A DNA stretch of 63,016 nt, the filler included, from Salisapilia sapeloensis CBS 127946 (taxonomy: Eukaryota > Protista > Oomycota), in NCBI GenBank assembly GCA_023334545.1. It is 6 parts of 6 records of this genome, joined end to end, with 100 filler letters (N's around TTAATTAATTAA, not from the genome) between each part and the next. Parts side by side here need not be neighbours in the genome. Positions count along the whole stretch, not along the records: positions 28,932 to 54,670 come from JAADVB010000245.1; 5 more parts are not named here. The stretch is one strand, 5' to 3'. Within the stretch, counting starts at the first letter, position 1; each line of letters opens with the position of its first letter. Position numbers and translations under genes: made by a program. Shown piece after piece: positions 34,497-45,666 of this stretch. The notes under the pieces are model-generated. The model worked only from the letters and a program-made list of their open reading frames with translations. It had not been told where the DNA came from and searched no databases.

Positions 34497-35198
34497 ATGG
34501 AGCCGATCGCCAAGCGCTTGGGCAGGTCCGGCGCCACGGCCGTCAAGGCTTCGAGTGCCAAAGACGACTTAGATGACAAGATTAAGCAGCTAGAGCAGGA
34601 TATTGGTAGTTCGAGTGATAGTAGCGATGAGGAAGAAGTAGTGAACTTGTCTGAGTACGCTACGGAACGCACGGAGCAGCTGCCAGAGCACTTGCTGCCA
34701 CCCCAGCAGCGCTCTGACGTCAGTAGCAAGCCTCGTAAGAAGCGAAAGATAGATGTGGAAGGTATATTAGAACAAGTAGCATTGCCAAAGCGCGTGCCGT
34801 TTGCATGCAAGCCCTGTGGCTTCGTCGGCCGCGACCTGGACGACCTCGAGGCGCACAAGGCGACGCAGGCACACGAAGAGAGAGTGGAGCTCAAGCAAGA
34901 GGCGCTGCACTGTGCTCTGTGCCAAAAGTCCTTCACGAGCGTCGCTCAGCTGACCGAGCACCGAGCAGGGAAGTGGCACCAGCAGCGGCAGGAGCAGCGT
35001 CGGAAGCGGCACATCGCCAAGGTCTGCTTCGACTACACTCGCGGTGTCTGCAATCGAGGCGACAGGTGCATCTACATGCACACTCGAGACGCGCAGCAGA
35101 GTCGTAAGAAGCAGAAGAAAACGCCGTGTCGAGAGTTTGCTCGATCCGGGTCGTGTCGATACGGCGCCAACTGCATCTTTGCGCATGAAGAGGCTTGA
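34497..35198 (+). CDS. Zinc-finger RNA-binding protein (two U1/matrin-type C2H2 plus two CCCH), 233 aa
   Basis: CKPCGF...LEAHKATQAH, CALCQKSF...LTEHRAGKWH, CFDYTRGVCNRGDRCIYMH, CREFARSGSCRYGANCIFAH. Confidence 0.85.
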   Translation: MEPIAKRLGRSGATAVKASSAKDDLDDKIKQLEQDIGSSSDSSDEEEVVNLSEYATERTEQLPEHLLPPQQRSDVSSKPRKKRKIDVEGILEQVALPKRVPFACKPCGFVGRDLDDLEAHKATQAHEERVELKQEALHCALCQKSFTSVAQLTEHRAGKWHQQRQEQRRKRHIAKVCFDYTRGVCNRGDRCIYMHTRDAQQSRKKQKKTPCREFARSGSCRYGANCIFAHEEA

Positions 35199-35217
35199 GG
35201 AATGCATCGGATGTGAA

Positions 35218-36205
35218 TTAAACCAACGTTTGAATGTACTTTGTGATCTTTTCTAACGAGAACTCGTTCGACACTTGCGCCGAGACGTCCACGACGGTGT
35301 CTCGGAGGACGCTGCCGTCGTATACGAGCAGGATCGGCAGGTCTTTGATCGCGAACGTCGCGTCTGCGTCCGTCGCGACGAGAGCGCCGATCCTCGTGCA
35401 TGGAAACTTGGAGGCGATCGTCTCTAGGTGCTTGTTCAGGAGACTGCAGGCGTAGTTGTCGCCATGGTAGAGATGGATGATAGATACGACGCCGTCCTGC
35501 TCTCCTCCTGCGATCCGGACAAAGTCCTCTGGATCGAGGTACTCGAGCGTACCAAACTTCTTCCTACTTGGCATTAGCATGAAAGGATTGTCTTAGAGGA
35601 GGCAAGGGTACCTGTTGGCAGCCACGGCCTGCATCTGCTGCATGCGAGCTTGATTGTACTGGAAGAGCGTTTCGTCGTCCAACAGATCATCGTCGTCGGA
35701 CTCTTCTTCCGCTTGATTCGTCGTGACGTCTGCTGGCACGGCCGTGGCGCCGCTGGCCATCCGATGCAGCGCCATCTTGCGCTCCTGCTCTTGGATCATT
35801 CGCTACCATTTCGTTACTAGAGTTGCCCTCCTCCTTCCTACGTGCATCCTACCTGCTGCCTCTGGAAGTGCTTATGAGCCTTGTAGTCGCTTCGGACACC
35901 TTTCGGCCCCGTGTGCTTGGACGCAAAGTCTCTCTTGGGAGCTCCACGTGCACTCGCTGATCGTCCCCAGTCGCCACTGTTGACAGGCGTCTGTGTCCAT
36001 GGTCCGGCCGCATCGGCGACGGACTTGACGCCACGTGGGACGCGCGTCTCTTCATCCTCGTCTTGGCTGCATACAAGATCGTTTAGCTCGTATCTTGCGT
36101 GATAGGATAGGAGAGAGACCTCGCGTCCGAGTCGGAATGCGTGGCCTGTATGTCGTCTGGCTCCCGATCGTCCTGTACACTATGCTCAAGGAAGAACCTG
36201 TCCAT
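35218..36205 (-). CDS. Phosducin-like protein; 4 exons
   Basis: Spliced ...HTGPKGVRSDYK...|...YNQARMQQM...|KKFGTLEYL...IIHLYHGDNYACSLLNKHLETIASKFP...LPILLVY. TGPKGV plus a thioredoxin-like phosducin domain. Confidence 0.85.
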
Positions 36206-36349
36206 GGTGTGGTGGAAGGAAGAATGAAACGAATGGGAAGAAAAAAGAGGACTGATATTTATCAAGACAGAAGGCAGTCGAGCGACAGGATCGATCGACG
36301 ACGGACTCTACAGCCTCTGCGGACGGACGCGTGCATTCTAGAGACTAGT

Positions 36350-37055
36350 CTATCCCTTGCCCGACTGCTTCATGAGCCATTGGATGACCTGATCAATGTT
36401 CACGAGGCGGAGGGCCGAGATCGGGATCACGAGCCACGGGTTGTCCACAATGTAGTCCAGGTTGAGCTCCCGGATGAGCTCTGGCTCGGAGATGTGCGGC
36501 TCCAAGTCGATCTTGTTCGCGAGCACCAAGAGCGGAGTTGTCGCGAGCTCCCTAGATACAGTCGTGAGGATAGAGACAGAGGCACATCTTGGTCAGGCGG
36601 ACGTACCGATCCTCGAGCAGTCGATGCAGCTCCTTTCGAGCGAGCGAGATCTGGTCAAACTAGATGGAGGAGATATGAATATACAGTAGAGATGATTTGT
36701 CTAGCAGGACGTACGGCGTTGGCATCGACCACGTAGATGATGACGTCGCAGCCGCGGGTGTAGCGCCCCCACTCGCTCCGGTACTGGGCTTGTCCGCCGA
36801 TGTCCCAGCACTTCATCTGGACGCCTCCTTTCTTGACGAGCTTCACGTTGAGCCCGATGGTGGGGCACGTCTCGACGGGGTGGCCCATGGCCATGACGTT
36901 CAAGAGGGTGGTTTTGCCACTAGAAGATCGAATGAGTATCTTTTTCTCGCTGCTCTCTCTTTCGGAAGACGTACCTGTTTTCAAGACCGACGAGCACGAC
37001 CTCGATCTTTTTCGTGTAAAAGGCCTGTAGCATCTTTTGCAGGATCCCGCCCATG
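36350..37055 (-). CDS. Arf-like small GTPase (Arl); multi-exon
   Basis: MGGILQ start (myristoylation-type MG), GLEN|SGKTT, WDIGGQ, LANKID, ISAL. Confidence 0.9.
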
Positions 37056-37373
37056 GTCGTCTACGATCGATCCAACGTGAGTGCATGCCAATCTCTCCCG
37101 TCCTCTACCGGAGGCTCGAGGCCGCCACCAGTACAGATCGGCAGCGGCATTCCACAGAGACTCGTAGGGACGTTTCCCCCTCTTGTTCTATCCATATCCA
37201 ACGTACCTATGTGGCTAATGGTCTTGGTCGAGTGGCGAAGGTGGTCGTTCTGATTCCCAAGCGAAAGCTCGTGTGAGCCTTCTCCCGGCCGTAGGGTTTG
37301 CAAGCCCTAGACACCTGTCCCCTCCTGATGAATCCGCCAACCAATCGATTTCGACATGATTTCCAGCTAGATG

Positions 37374-37389
37374 TCACTTGCGCTTTTCC
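37374..37389 (+). promoter_or_regulatory. INR+FPR-like core promoter of the helicase gene
   Basis: TCACTTGCGCTTTTCC, 7 nt before ATG 37397; supports that ATG over the longer ORF start at 37298. Confidence 0.5.
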
Positions 37390-37396
37390 ATCCACC

Positions 37397-39262
37397 ATGC
37401 TACTGCGCTCCATCCTCACTCGCGTCTCCAGACGCAATGCCAACCTCTGCCATCGTCAGACAGCCAACCTGTCGATAGCTGCGCAGGTGCTAGAAGACGC
37501 ACCGACCTCGGGCTTTGTCGATCAAAAGCCATTGACACACTTTAAGCTCTCGGACAAGTCCGTCATGAACCTCGAGGCTGCTGGCATCACACACTTGTTT
37601 CCAGTCCAGACAGAATCATTTGAGCTCATGATGGACGGAAAGGATCTGCTCGGACGGAGCAAGACCGGGTCCGGCAAGACGCTTGCGTTCGCGCTGCCGA
37701 TTGTCGAGAAAATCAATGCCATCGGAGGTCGTGCGAGCGACCCACAGGCACTCGTGCTCCTGCCGACGCGTGAACTGGCGCAGCAAGTCTCGGAGGAAAT
37801 GCAGCGTGTCGCGCCGCACTTGAAGACCGTCACTATCGTCGGTGGCATGCCATACCAGCCGCAGGAGAACGCTCTGCGTCGAGGCGCTCACATCGTCGTG
37901 GGCACGCCTGGCCGTGTCATCGACTTGCTGGAGAAGGACACGCTGCGTCTGGACCAGATCCACACGTCGGTGCTAGACGAAGCGGACATGATGCTCAAGT
38001 TCGGTTTCCAGGAAGCTGTCGAGACGATTCTCGACAAGGTTCCCGCCGACACCCAGAGCGTCCTGTGGTCTGCCACGATGCCTCGTTGGGTCAAGAGCCT
38101 CGCAAACAAGTTCCTCAAGTCGCCCGTGCACCTGGACCTTGTGGGTGATGAAGACGCGCACGTGCCATCGACCGTGAGCAACAAGGCGATCCACGCCCCC
38201 AAGCACAGTCGCCTCAAGGTCCTCGGGAACGTCATCCGTCGCCACGCCAAGGGAGGACAGACGCTCGTCTTCACCGAGACCAAGCAAGAGGCCGATGAGA
38301 TCTCGAATGAACTCGGCAAGTCGGACGTCCGGTCTCTCCACGGCGACTTGTCCCAGGGCATCCGGACGTCGACGATGAAGGGTTTCCGCGACGGAAGCGT
38401 CCGTACGCTCGTGTGCACGGACATTGCTGCGCGAGGACTTGACATTGCGAATGTGGAACTCGTGGTGCAGTTCCGTCTGCCGAGCGACCGAGAGAGCTTT
38501 GTCCACCGGGCTGGACGCACAGGTCGCGCCGGTCGCGACGGCACAAACATTGTTTTCTTCGACCGCGACGACTCGGACGAGCTGCGTCACTTGGAGAAAA
38601 AGTACCACCTCCAGTTCGTCCATGCGGCACCTCCGCACGTGGAGCAGGTGCTCGACGATGTGCTGACGGACGTGGCACAGCAGCTGCGTGACGTTCCGCA
38701 GTCGACGGCGAGTCTCTTCCAGCCTGCTGCCGAGCGCATGCTGGAGGAACAAGGCCCGAACGCTCTCGGCCAGGCGCTCGCGATGCTCTGTGGCTTTGAC
38801 AACAAACGTGTGAATGCGATTAGTATGCTCACGGGGCGTCTGCGCATGGAGACGATCGAGATCAGCAACTTTGACGGCGGCATGCGGGAGCTCAAGAGTA
38901 TGTTGGAAGGGATCGACACGGGAGACGCGAACAACCGGTCTCCCTTCGTCCATGCAGTCGGCGACAAGTATGTGCTAGATGTGCCTGCGGGCGGTCTCGC
39001 CCAAGTGCGGGAACAGTTGGAGGTGAATGGCGAAGTGGATGCCCAAGTATCTTTGGTGACGGAACTCCCGCAGTTGCTCCTGGCGAACAACTTGCGTCGT
39101 GAGAACCGATCGAACAATCGCTTCGATCGATCCTTTTCTCGCGGAAACAACCGTTCGCAAGGCGGACGCGGAGGTCGTCCGTCTCGTCATGACGACCGTC
39201 GCAACCGATCGAGATCTCCTCGAGACCATAGCAATCGTCGAAACTCTCGTTGGTCCAATTAA
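37397..39262 (+). CDS. DEAD-box RNA helicase, DDX21/DDX50-like, probably mitochondrial
   Basis: Transit-peptide-like MLLRSILTRVSRR, Q motif LFPVQ, SKTGSGKT, PTRELA, TPGR, DEAD, SAT, ARGLD, HRAGRTGR, GUCT-like region, RG/RS tail. Confidence 0.93.
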   Translation: MLLRSILTRVSRRNANLCHRQTANLSIAAQVLEDAPTSGFVDQKPLTHFKLSDKSVMNLEAAGITHLFPVQTESFELMMDGKDLLGRSKTGSGKTLAFALPIVEKINAIGGRASDPQALVLLPTRELAQQVSEEMQRVAPHLKTVTIVGGMPYQPQENALRRGAHIVVGTPGRVIDLLEKDTLRLDQIHTSVLDEADMMLKFGFQEAVETILDKVPADTQSVLWSATMPRWVKSLANKFLKSPVHLDLVGDEDAHVPSTVSNKAIHAPKHSRLKVLGNVIRRHAKGGQTLVFTETKQEADEISNELGKSDVRSLHGDLSQGIRTSTMKGFRDGSVRTLVCTDIAARGLDIANVELVVQFRLPSDRESFVHRAGRTGRAGRDGTNIVFFDRDDSDELRHLEKKYHLQFVHAAPPHVEQVLDDVLTDVAQQLRDVPQSTASLFQPAAERMLEEQGPNALGQALAMLCGFDNKRVNAISMLTGRLRMETIEISNFDGGMRELKSMLEGIDTGDANNRSPFVHAVGDKYVLDVPAGGLAQVREQLEVNGEVDAQVSLVTELPQLLLANNLRRENRSNNRFDRSFSRGNNRSQGGRGGRPSRHDDRRNRSRSPRDHSNRRNSRWSN

Positions 39263-39353
39263 GAAAGAGGTAGAGCTGACCGTTTAGACTTTGTAAGACA
39301 AGACTTTAGATTTCCAAGCATGGTGTTTATAACGTTTTTCTTCCTTGAGATGT

Positions 39354-41036
39354 CTACACGAGGTGTGCCGGGTGGGTCAAGAGTTCTGGCTTCAGACGCC
39401 CCCAAGCGTTCACAAGTCTCTCGTGCGTCTCTGGATGAGTCTTCTGGAGGGCTGCTGGGTCCTATCGACAGAGTGAGGCAAAGTCGAGAGAGATGGTGAC
39501 AAGGATGTACCTCTGCAAAGCAGACGAAGACGGTGGCGACAATCGAGTCCAAGACGGACGACACGATGGCGCACATGGCATATCCGATGGATGCACACGT
39601 GAGGAAGGTCAGGACCACGACGTTGAACGTCTCTGTCAAGCGATGTCAGTACATTCCTTTGGTTATAGAAAAGAGGTCGCCTACCGCACTCGTCCTTGTG
39701 AGCAGCAGCTTCGTGTTCAGTGCACTTGAGAGCCAGGTGCATCCACGCAGACCCGACGACACCCGAGACGGCACCTAGGTCTACATCAGTATCGTATCCA
39801 ACACACAAGCGAGATCGAAACATACCAACAACGAGACATCCGATGGAGAGGACGCCCGAGATGAGACTGTCGTTCAAGAGCGCTGTCCATCCTCGGTCTC
39901 GAAAGAGACTCATGGCGTCCATTCCAGCCGCATAAAAGCTCTTGCCGTAGATGGCGACTTGGCAGAAAGCAAACTTGTTGCAGTACTGGACGCTCCGAGC
40001 GACGAACTTGACGATGGATTCCAGGAAGGCGTTGGCGCTGCTGCGGCTCTTGCGTCTCGGCGCGAGGTGGAGGAGCGTGTGGAGGGCGTTGAGTGCTGCG
40101 ACGAGAAGCGATCCGAGGCAGATGGAGCCAAAGGAGATGGTCAACGCTCTAGATCGAGCGCGGTGGACAGTCTCTCGATCCTGTGCGCCAAACCACCACT
40201 CGCCGACAGCTCCGGCAGCGACGCAGTGGACGACGTTCTTGGTCACTTGGACGAACCAGAACAAACTAGCACGGGTGTGAATGGTGGATGAGAGAGGAGG
40301 TGAGGAGAAAAGTACCTGAGGAGCATGAGGAAGAAGCAGATGTTGCCAAAGGACGTCGAGTCTCGGAGGTGGCCGACGGAGGTGGCGAGGACGCCCAAGG
40401 CTGCGAGACTCCAGACGAGGATCCACGCGATTTGGACGACAAGAGCTCCGTACGCAGTGTATACGACTTCAGGGAACTGTCGTAGGATCTGAGAAGCAGT
40501 CGAGAGGTTGGAGGCTGCAAACGCGACGGAGCGACGGGCGTTTATGTAGAAAACACCCATGGCGAGCGCTAGGAAGAGGTTGACGAAGCCGATGGCTCGA
40601 CCGGCCATGCCCGAGTCGTGGAACGCTACGATCGCACCTGCGACGAAGGCGACGACACTTAGACGGAGCGTCCAGTCGATGACACCAGCGGCATGGCGCT
40701 GGAGCAATTGCAACCAGAGGGCAGAGACGCCAGCTCCGAGGAGTGCTGTAGCGAGGAAGATGGCTGCAGCCTTGAGTCCATGCGACCACCCTGCGTGGTG
40801 TTGCTCATGAGCTGTGAAGTCGAGGTCGGAGGCATTCGGCAGACCGAGCGTGACCTGTTAAACACATGCATGAGCAGGAAGACAGAGGTGCTAGAAAGCT
40901 ACGGTACAGCTAAGAGTCCGACTGCGACGGCGTTGACGACAAATGCGCCAGCGAAGACTTTGTCTCGCAGCTCGCCTGGCGCCTGTGGCTGCGGCTCGCG
41001 TGGAGAAGGCTTGCCTAGTAGACGTCCGTCGTGCAT
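39354..41036 (-). CDS. Choline transporter-like (CTL/Pns1) membrane protein; multi-exon
   Basis: AGAVGEWWF, SFGSICLGSL, NKFAFCQVAIYGKSFYAAG, DSIVATVFVCFAE|DPAAL. Start assignment (MHDGRLL) is uncertain. Confidence 0.85.
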
Positions 41037-41463
41037 CTCTTCTTCGGGGGTGATCCGAAATAGACGGAACTGCAAAGAGGGATATAAATAGAGACAAGTG
41101 GCAATGGGTGGAGAGTTGGGAGATGGCGTCGGACGAGCAAGCTGCGAGGGCGATTGAGCGGCAGGTGGGTAGATGTATGGTGGGGTGGACGAGGATGTTT
41201 AGTGACGGGTGTGCGTAGATTAAGAATTTACAGCCGCTCGTGAAAAGAGAGGGTCCGACGGCGTATTTGGTAGAGAAGAGTGGACTTGATGTCGGATATG
41301 GGCTGATGGGCATGGTAGAGGAAGCGAGTGCCGGATGTGAACAAGAGATTTCTTACGAATACGATACGCAGGTAGGCTGTAGAGACAAATGGTGCTACAC
41401 GAGGTACTTAGCTCTCGTATGAGAATGTAGTGTCGAGAGTCATAATCGACGCAAGGTACGTTG

Positions 41464-41760
41464 CTACGAGAGGTGTGATACGTTCGAGAGCGTCAATGGA
41501 CAAGTAGGAAGAGGACTGGTGCTGGAAGCAGCTGGAAGAGTCGAGGCAAGAGGGTCGGAAGAGGTCACGACGTCGTAGTCGTAGTCGCAGTCCAAGTCCT
41601 CGTCGACATCGACGTCCAAAGAAAAAGAAAAGAGAGCGTCGTGCGACCTCTCGGGAGCAGTCGGAACGAGATGAAGAGGAGCGTGCGTACTGGGCTCGGC
41701 AGAAAGAAAAGAGCGCTTTGGATAAACGTAGACTGCTTGGTGGAACTCCTCTTCTAGCAT
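41464..41760 (-). CDS. Possible small acidic low-complexity protein (98 aa)
   Basis: ATG-started ORF in an otherwise gene-free interval; no recognisable domain. Confidence 0.3.
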   Translation of the reverse strand: MLEEEFHQAVYVYPKRSFLSAEPSTHAPLHLVPTAPERSHDALFSFSLDVDVDEDLDCDYDYDVVTSSDPLASTLPAASSTSPLPTCPLTLSNVSHLS

Positions 41761-41909
41761 CGAAAGAAGAGAGCTCGGACGAGGACGATCGGCGGTAGGA
41801 TGTAAAAGAAAAGAAAAAGAAATTCAAAACGAAGCATTGCGCTGGTATTCCTCGACCTGCTGCGTCCTGAGCTAGCTACCGACATGGCCATTGCTCATAT
41901 CGTCCACAC

Positions 41910-43682
41910 CTAGTCCCACGTGGCAATGGCCTGGGAGGACGCAAAGACCATGGTTAAGACCCCGAGGCCGACGACAATGCCGTTCGCGACGTGTCCGTCG
42001 TCCACGAGCTTGGAGTGGAAGAGGCAGGGGTAAATAAAGGCTAGCGGGACGGAGCAGAAGCCTCCGACGAGCGAGACAAAGTTATCTAGCTGAGACTTGC
42101 CACAGTAGGCAATGACGGCCGTGAGGCAGACGATCATGAATCGGAATCCGTTCTTCTGCCAACGCCAGTAGCCCTTCCTCGCTCGTGTGAACGTGTATCC
42201 TTCCAAGATCATGACGACGGGGTAGAGCATGAGCGGGTACGTGAAGATGAGTGCGAGCGAGTAGGAAAGTTGTACGAACATGGTGGGCCAGTTGTCTCCT
42301 GCGCTCGGGAGGTTGAGCGTCACGACGGACTCGGTGGACGTCCCGAAGGCGACGTAGACGGCGCCAGCGAAGAAGCACTCGACGGCCACGAGGAGGAAGA
42401 GGGTGATGGCGAGGATCTTCGGGAACTTGTGCTGGACGCTCGAGGCCATACTGTCGTAGATGGGGAGGACAAGGCCGATGCCTTCGAAGGCGTAGACAGC
42501 GGTGCCGAGGAAGAGCGCCCAGCTCTTGCTGTTAAAGTTGGTCCAGGTGCTCTCGTCCGTCGGTTGGCGCTCGACGACTTGCTCGAGGCTGTAGACGACG
42601 ATATAGAGGAGGCCGAGCAAGATGAAGATGTCAGCGACGATGTTGGTGATGGCAAAGTACTCGATCCGACGGACCCACGTTAGAGGCGTGTAGAGCGGGA
42701 TCTGAAGGATGATGAGCAGCCAGGACAAGGACGCGTACGAGCTCTCGACGTGGAAGACTTGCTCGAGGATGTCGCCGACGTTCTGCTCCACGAAGATCAG
42801 GTATGAGCAGCAGAAACCTAGTTGCGACAGCACGAGCGACACGTTCACGGCGATACGACCTGCGCGGCCGAAGGATCGTTCGCCCAAGTATCCGTACGAG
42901 ACGCCTCCAGATGTCGAGGCCGAGACGACGTTGTAGCAGTCCGTGAGGCGGAGCATGCAGAAGATGGAGAAGAGAGCCGAGACGAAGAGGCCGCAGACAG
43001 AGAACAAGAGTCCGCCGTTGGCAAAGGCGCGAGGGAGGAAGAGGATGCCACTGCCGATAAAGCTCTTGAGGATCGTAAAGATCGTCTTTTTGGCAGACGC
43101 GCCGTCGGCCTCTCGGTCTTGCGCCTCCTTCTGCCGCGTCTGGCGCTTGTATGGACGAGGACGCGAGAGGAGGGGCGTGGTGGCACCTAGCTTTTCAAAG
43201 TCTTCTCTGGACATGGCATAGTCTAGATTGGCGTAGATGAACGAGTCGTACGTGGCTCGGACAATGTTTTTCGGATGGATTTGCTGCAAAAAGGACTCTT
43301 GGGCATACGTCGGGACGTCGGCGTCGGCGTCGGCGTTCCCGATGATATGGCCGCGACGGAATCCTCCTGGCTGCGCCAGATCGGACGCCTTGCCAATGTC
43401 CTCGTGCATGATCTCGCTAATGTCCGGCATGGACTTGGCCGTCTGACGGTTCTGCTCTCGGAAGAGCGCGACGTAGATGTCTCTCGTCATATCCGATCCC
43501 TCTTCATTAATGTCATGGACTTCGGTCGGGTGGATGAGGGGCGTCTGGGGCGTCTGGGCCTGCTCTGCGTCCTCATCATCCTCCTCGTCGTCATAGTCAT
43601 CGACGTGGTTGTCACCCGGGTTTTCGAGGTCCTGGAATCCATTGCGTTCATTGTAGTGTTTGTCCTCTTCCGCGTGCGCCAT
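41910..43682 (-). CDS. AAAP-family amino acid transporter (AVT3/AVT4-like), 590 aa, intronless
   Basis: PGGFRRGHI N-terminal motif, LKSFIGSGILFLPRAF, YGYLG, FLGTAVYAFEGIGLVLPI, FTYPLMLYP, about 11 TM segments. Confidence 0.93.
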   Translation of the reverse strand: MAHAEEDKHYNERNGFQDLENPGDNHVDDYDDEEDDEDAEQAQTPQTPLIHPTEVHDINEEGSDMTRDIYVALFREQNRQTAKSMPDISEIMHEDIGKASDLAQPGGFRRGHIIGNADADADVPTYAQESFLQQIHPKNIVRATYDSFIYANLDYAMSREDFEKLGATTPLLSRPRPYKRQTRQKEAQDREADGASAKKTIFTILKSFIGSGILFLPRAFANGGLLFSVCGLFVSALFSIFCMLRLTDCYNVVSASTSGGVSYGYLGERSFGRAGRIAVNVSLVLSQLGFCCSYLIFVEQNVGDILEQVFHVESSYASLSWLLIILQIPLYTPLTWVRRIEYFAITNIVADIFILLGLLYIVVYSLEQVVERQPTDESTWTNFNSKSWALFLGTAVYAFEGIGLVLPIYDSMASSVQHKFPKILAITLFLLVAVECFFAGAVYVAFGTSTESVVTLNLPSAGDNWPTMFVQLSYSLALIFTYPLMLYPVVMILEGYTFTRARKGYWRWQKNGFRFMIVCLTAVIAYCGKSQLDNFVSLVGGFCSVPLAFIYPCLFHSKLVDDGHVANGIVVGLGVLTMVFASSQAIATWD

Positions 43683-44261
43683 GTCGGTGTGTCACGAGTA
43701 GCTCGAAATGCCAATTGACTCGATTTGGACTTGAACTCCCCTTCGGATGGTTTCGACTGCATGGGTTTATGCAAATTTTACATGACAGGTGGCAGCCATA
43801 GAGATTCCAATTTACAAGTACACACGATCCGATGGAAGCGCGTAGCTCCAGCAGATCAACACGATGTATGCTCTAGTTTACGATACGTCTAGAGGACGAG
43901 ACACGGAAGGAACAACTTGAGTACATGCGAGCACCTTGCTGATGCTCTTGCACGGAAACTTGCACGGTGGACAGTTGCCATCTAAAGTGCCACGTAAATG
44001 TCCGAGTAGATCAGATAAGAGGGTGAGATGGGTGTGGTATCTTGTCAACTAGCGTCTCTACCTGCCCCTTCGGTGGACGTATTGCCTGTAAAATCTAATT
44101 CGACATCCTATCTACCTAGTACATGTCCATGGAAATCGTTGGTTTCATCTTGATCTTCCGTCGTGCCGTCCGAATGCGTGAGCTTTGTGCTCTTCGGTCG
44201 AATCAGCTTGAAGTTCCATTTCGGAATTTGTTTCGTAGTACTCAAGCCGCATCTACCAGCC

Positions 44262-45608
44262 ATGACGTCGACGACGACCCCTGCACGCGTGATTCGGCAC
44301 CGTAGATCAAGTAGTAAGCCAGAGAGTCCGACGACCAAAGTCGCGTTCGGACAAGACCATCGAATCGGGAGCTGGGCCATGGGCACCAACCTTGCCTTCC
44401 TTCGACAGTTCAGCGTCACGGAGCAAGACATCGTCGTCTGCAACCGCGTACGTTTCGGAGCAGACCCGACGTGGGCGCTTCGGCAGCGACCAGCGATCAG
44501 TCCGCACTTGCAGAAGTCGCTGAGCATCGAGGAAGCTCGACGGGACGCGACTCGGAAAGCTCGTCGAGTCGCCAAGAGTCGAGTCCCACCGGTGGTCCAG
44601 GAAGAGCAGGAGGACGATCGGACGGACGATGAGAACACAGAACCAAATGATCAAAAGATAAAAGCGAGTACACATCGTCGAGTAGATACGACGATCGACG
44701 CCTTTGCGTCCAGTCGACAGCTCTTGACGCCACGAGAGCGTGCGATGCATGGGCGGTATTTGATGCGAGAGGCCTTTGCAAATGGATCGTACGGAAGCGT
44801 ATGTGCCGCGGAAGATCTTCCGTCGCACCGGGAAGTGGCTGTCAAGATCGTCCCGAAGCACTTGCTCGTGTCGATGGAAGAGAAGCAGAGCGTCGTACGA
44901 GAGCAGGTAATCCACAAGGAGCTGGATCACCCGCAGATTGTCAAGCTACTAGATGTCTTCGAAGACGACAAAGCCCACTACTTTATCCTCGAGCGAGCCG
45001 ACAGCGGCGCCTTGGCCGCGGAACTCGCGTACGAAGGGATGCCGGAGGACCGGTGTCGACACTTTTTCCGACAGCTCCTGCAGGCGCTAGAGTATCTGCA
45101 CGTCCGTCGCATCGTCCATCAAGACATTAAGCCGTCGAACGTGCTGCTCCAGAGCTCCAAGACGCACGGGTCGTCGATTAAACTGTGTGACTTTGGCGCC
45201 TCGAGAGCGTATCATGAAGACGAGACTGGGATTCCATTCGCAGGTGTCTTTGGGACGCCAGGGTACGTTGCGCCAGAGCTCTTGCTCGGTGTCGATTTCT
45301 ATGGTCCAGCTGTCGATATGTTTAGTGCCGGCGTTTTGCTCTTTGAAATGCTCTTCGGATACGCTCCGTTCTACCCTCCCTCGAGCTGCACGTACTTGGA
45401 CGCAGAGCTTCCGACGAGGACGCAAGTGTCTGTTGAAGCCACGGATCTAGTAACCCAGCTCCTCGCTCGAGATCCGACGGAACGCATGACGGCAGCTCAA
45501 GCGCTTTGTCATCCTTGGCTCCAAATGTCTAGTGAAGACGTTTCGGATGGTACTCGTGCCTCCCACTCATCGAGTACACGCCCCACGAGTGTGTCTGTTA
45601 GTTTTTAG
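44262..45608 (+). CDS. CAMK-group Ser/Thr kinase (HQD catalytic loop)
   Basis: NGSYGSV, VAVK, HQDIKPSNVLL, KLCDFG, GTPGYVAPE, DMFSAGV. INR+FPR-like TTCCATTTCGGAATTTG at 44214-44230 supports ATG 44262. Confidence 0.88.
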   Translation: MTSTTTPARVIRHRRSSSKPESPTTKVAFGQDHRIGSWAMGTNLAFLRQFSVTEQDIVVCNRVRFGADPTWALRQRPAISPHLQKSLSIEEARRDATRKARRVAKSRVPPVVQEEQEDDRTDDENTEPNDQKIKASTHRRVDTTIDAFASSRQLLTPRERAMHGRYLMREAFANGSYGSVCAAEDLPSHREVAVKIVPKHLLVSMEEKQSVVREQVIHKELDHPQIVKLLDVFEDDKAHYFILERADSGALAAELAYEGMPEDRCRHFFRQLLQALEYLHVRRIVHQDIKPSNVLLQSSKTHGSSIKLCDFGASRAYHEDETGIPFAGVFGTPGYVAPELLLGVDFYGPAVDMFSAGVLLFEMLFGYAPFYPPSSCTYLDAELPTRTQVSVEATDLVTQLLARDPTERMTAAQALCHPWLQMSSEDVSDGTRASHSSSTRPTSVSVSF

Positions 45609-45666
45609 CTATTTACAAGTCCAATTGCAATGTATTTCATCTAGGAGCTTGTGCTTTTCTTTTCTT

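Noticed and set aside
5349-37055. A membrane-trafficking gene cluster (flippase, ArfGAP, Arl, epsin-like)
   Set aside because: The genes are dispersed across different contigs among unrelated housekeeping genes, and trafficking genes are common enough for this to be chance.
37522-39229. Long antisense ORFs (326 aa and 220 aa) opposite the DEAD-box helicase
   Set aside because: Shadow ORFs of a GC3-rich gene with no independent domain signal.
42082-43718. Plus-strand and off-frame ORFs over the amino acid transporter
   Set aside because: Same shadow effect; low-complexity translations.
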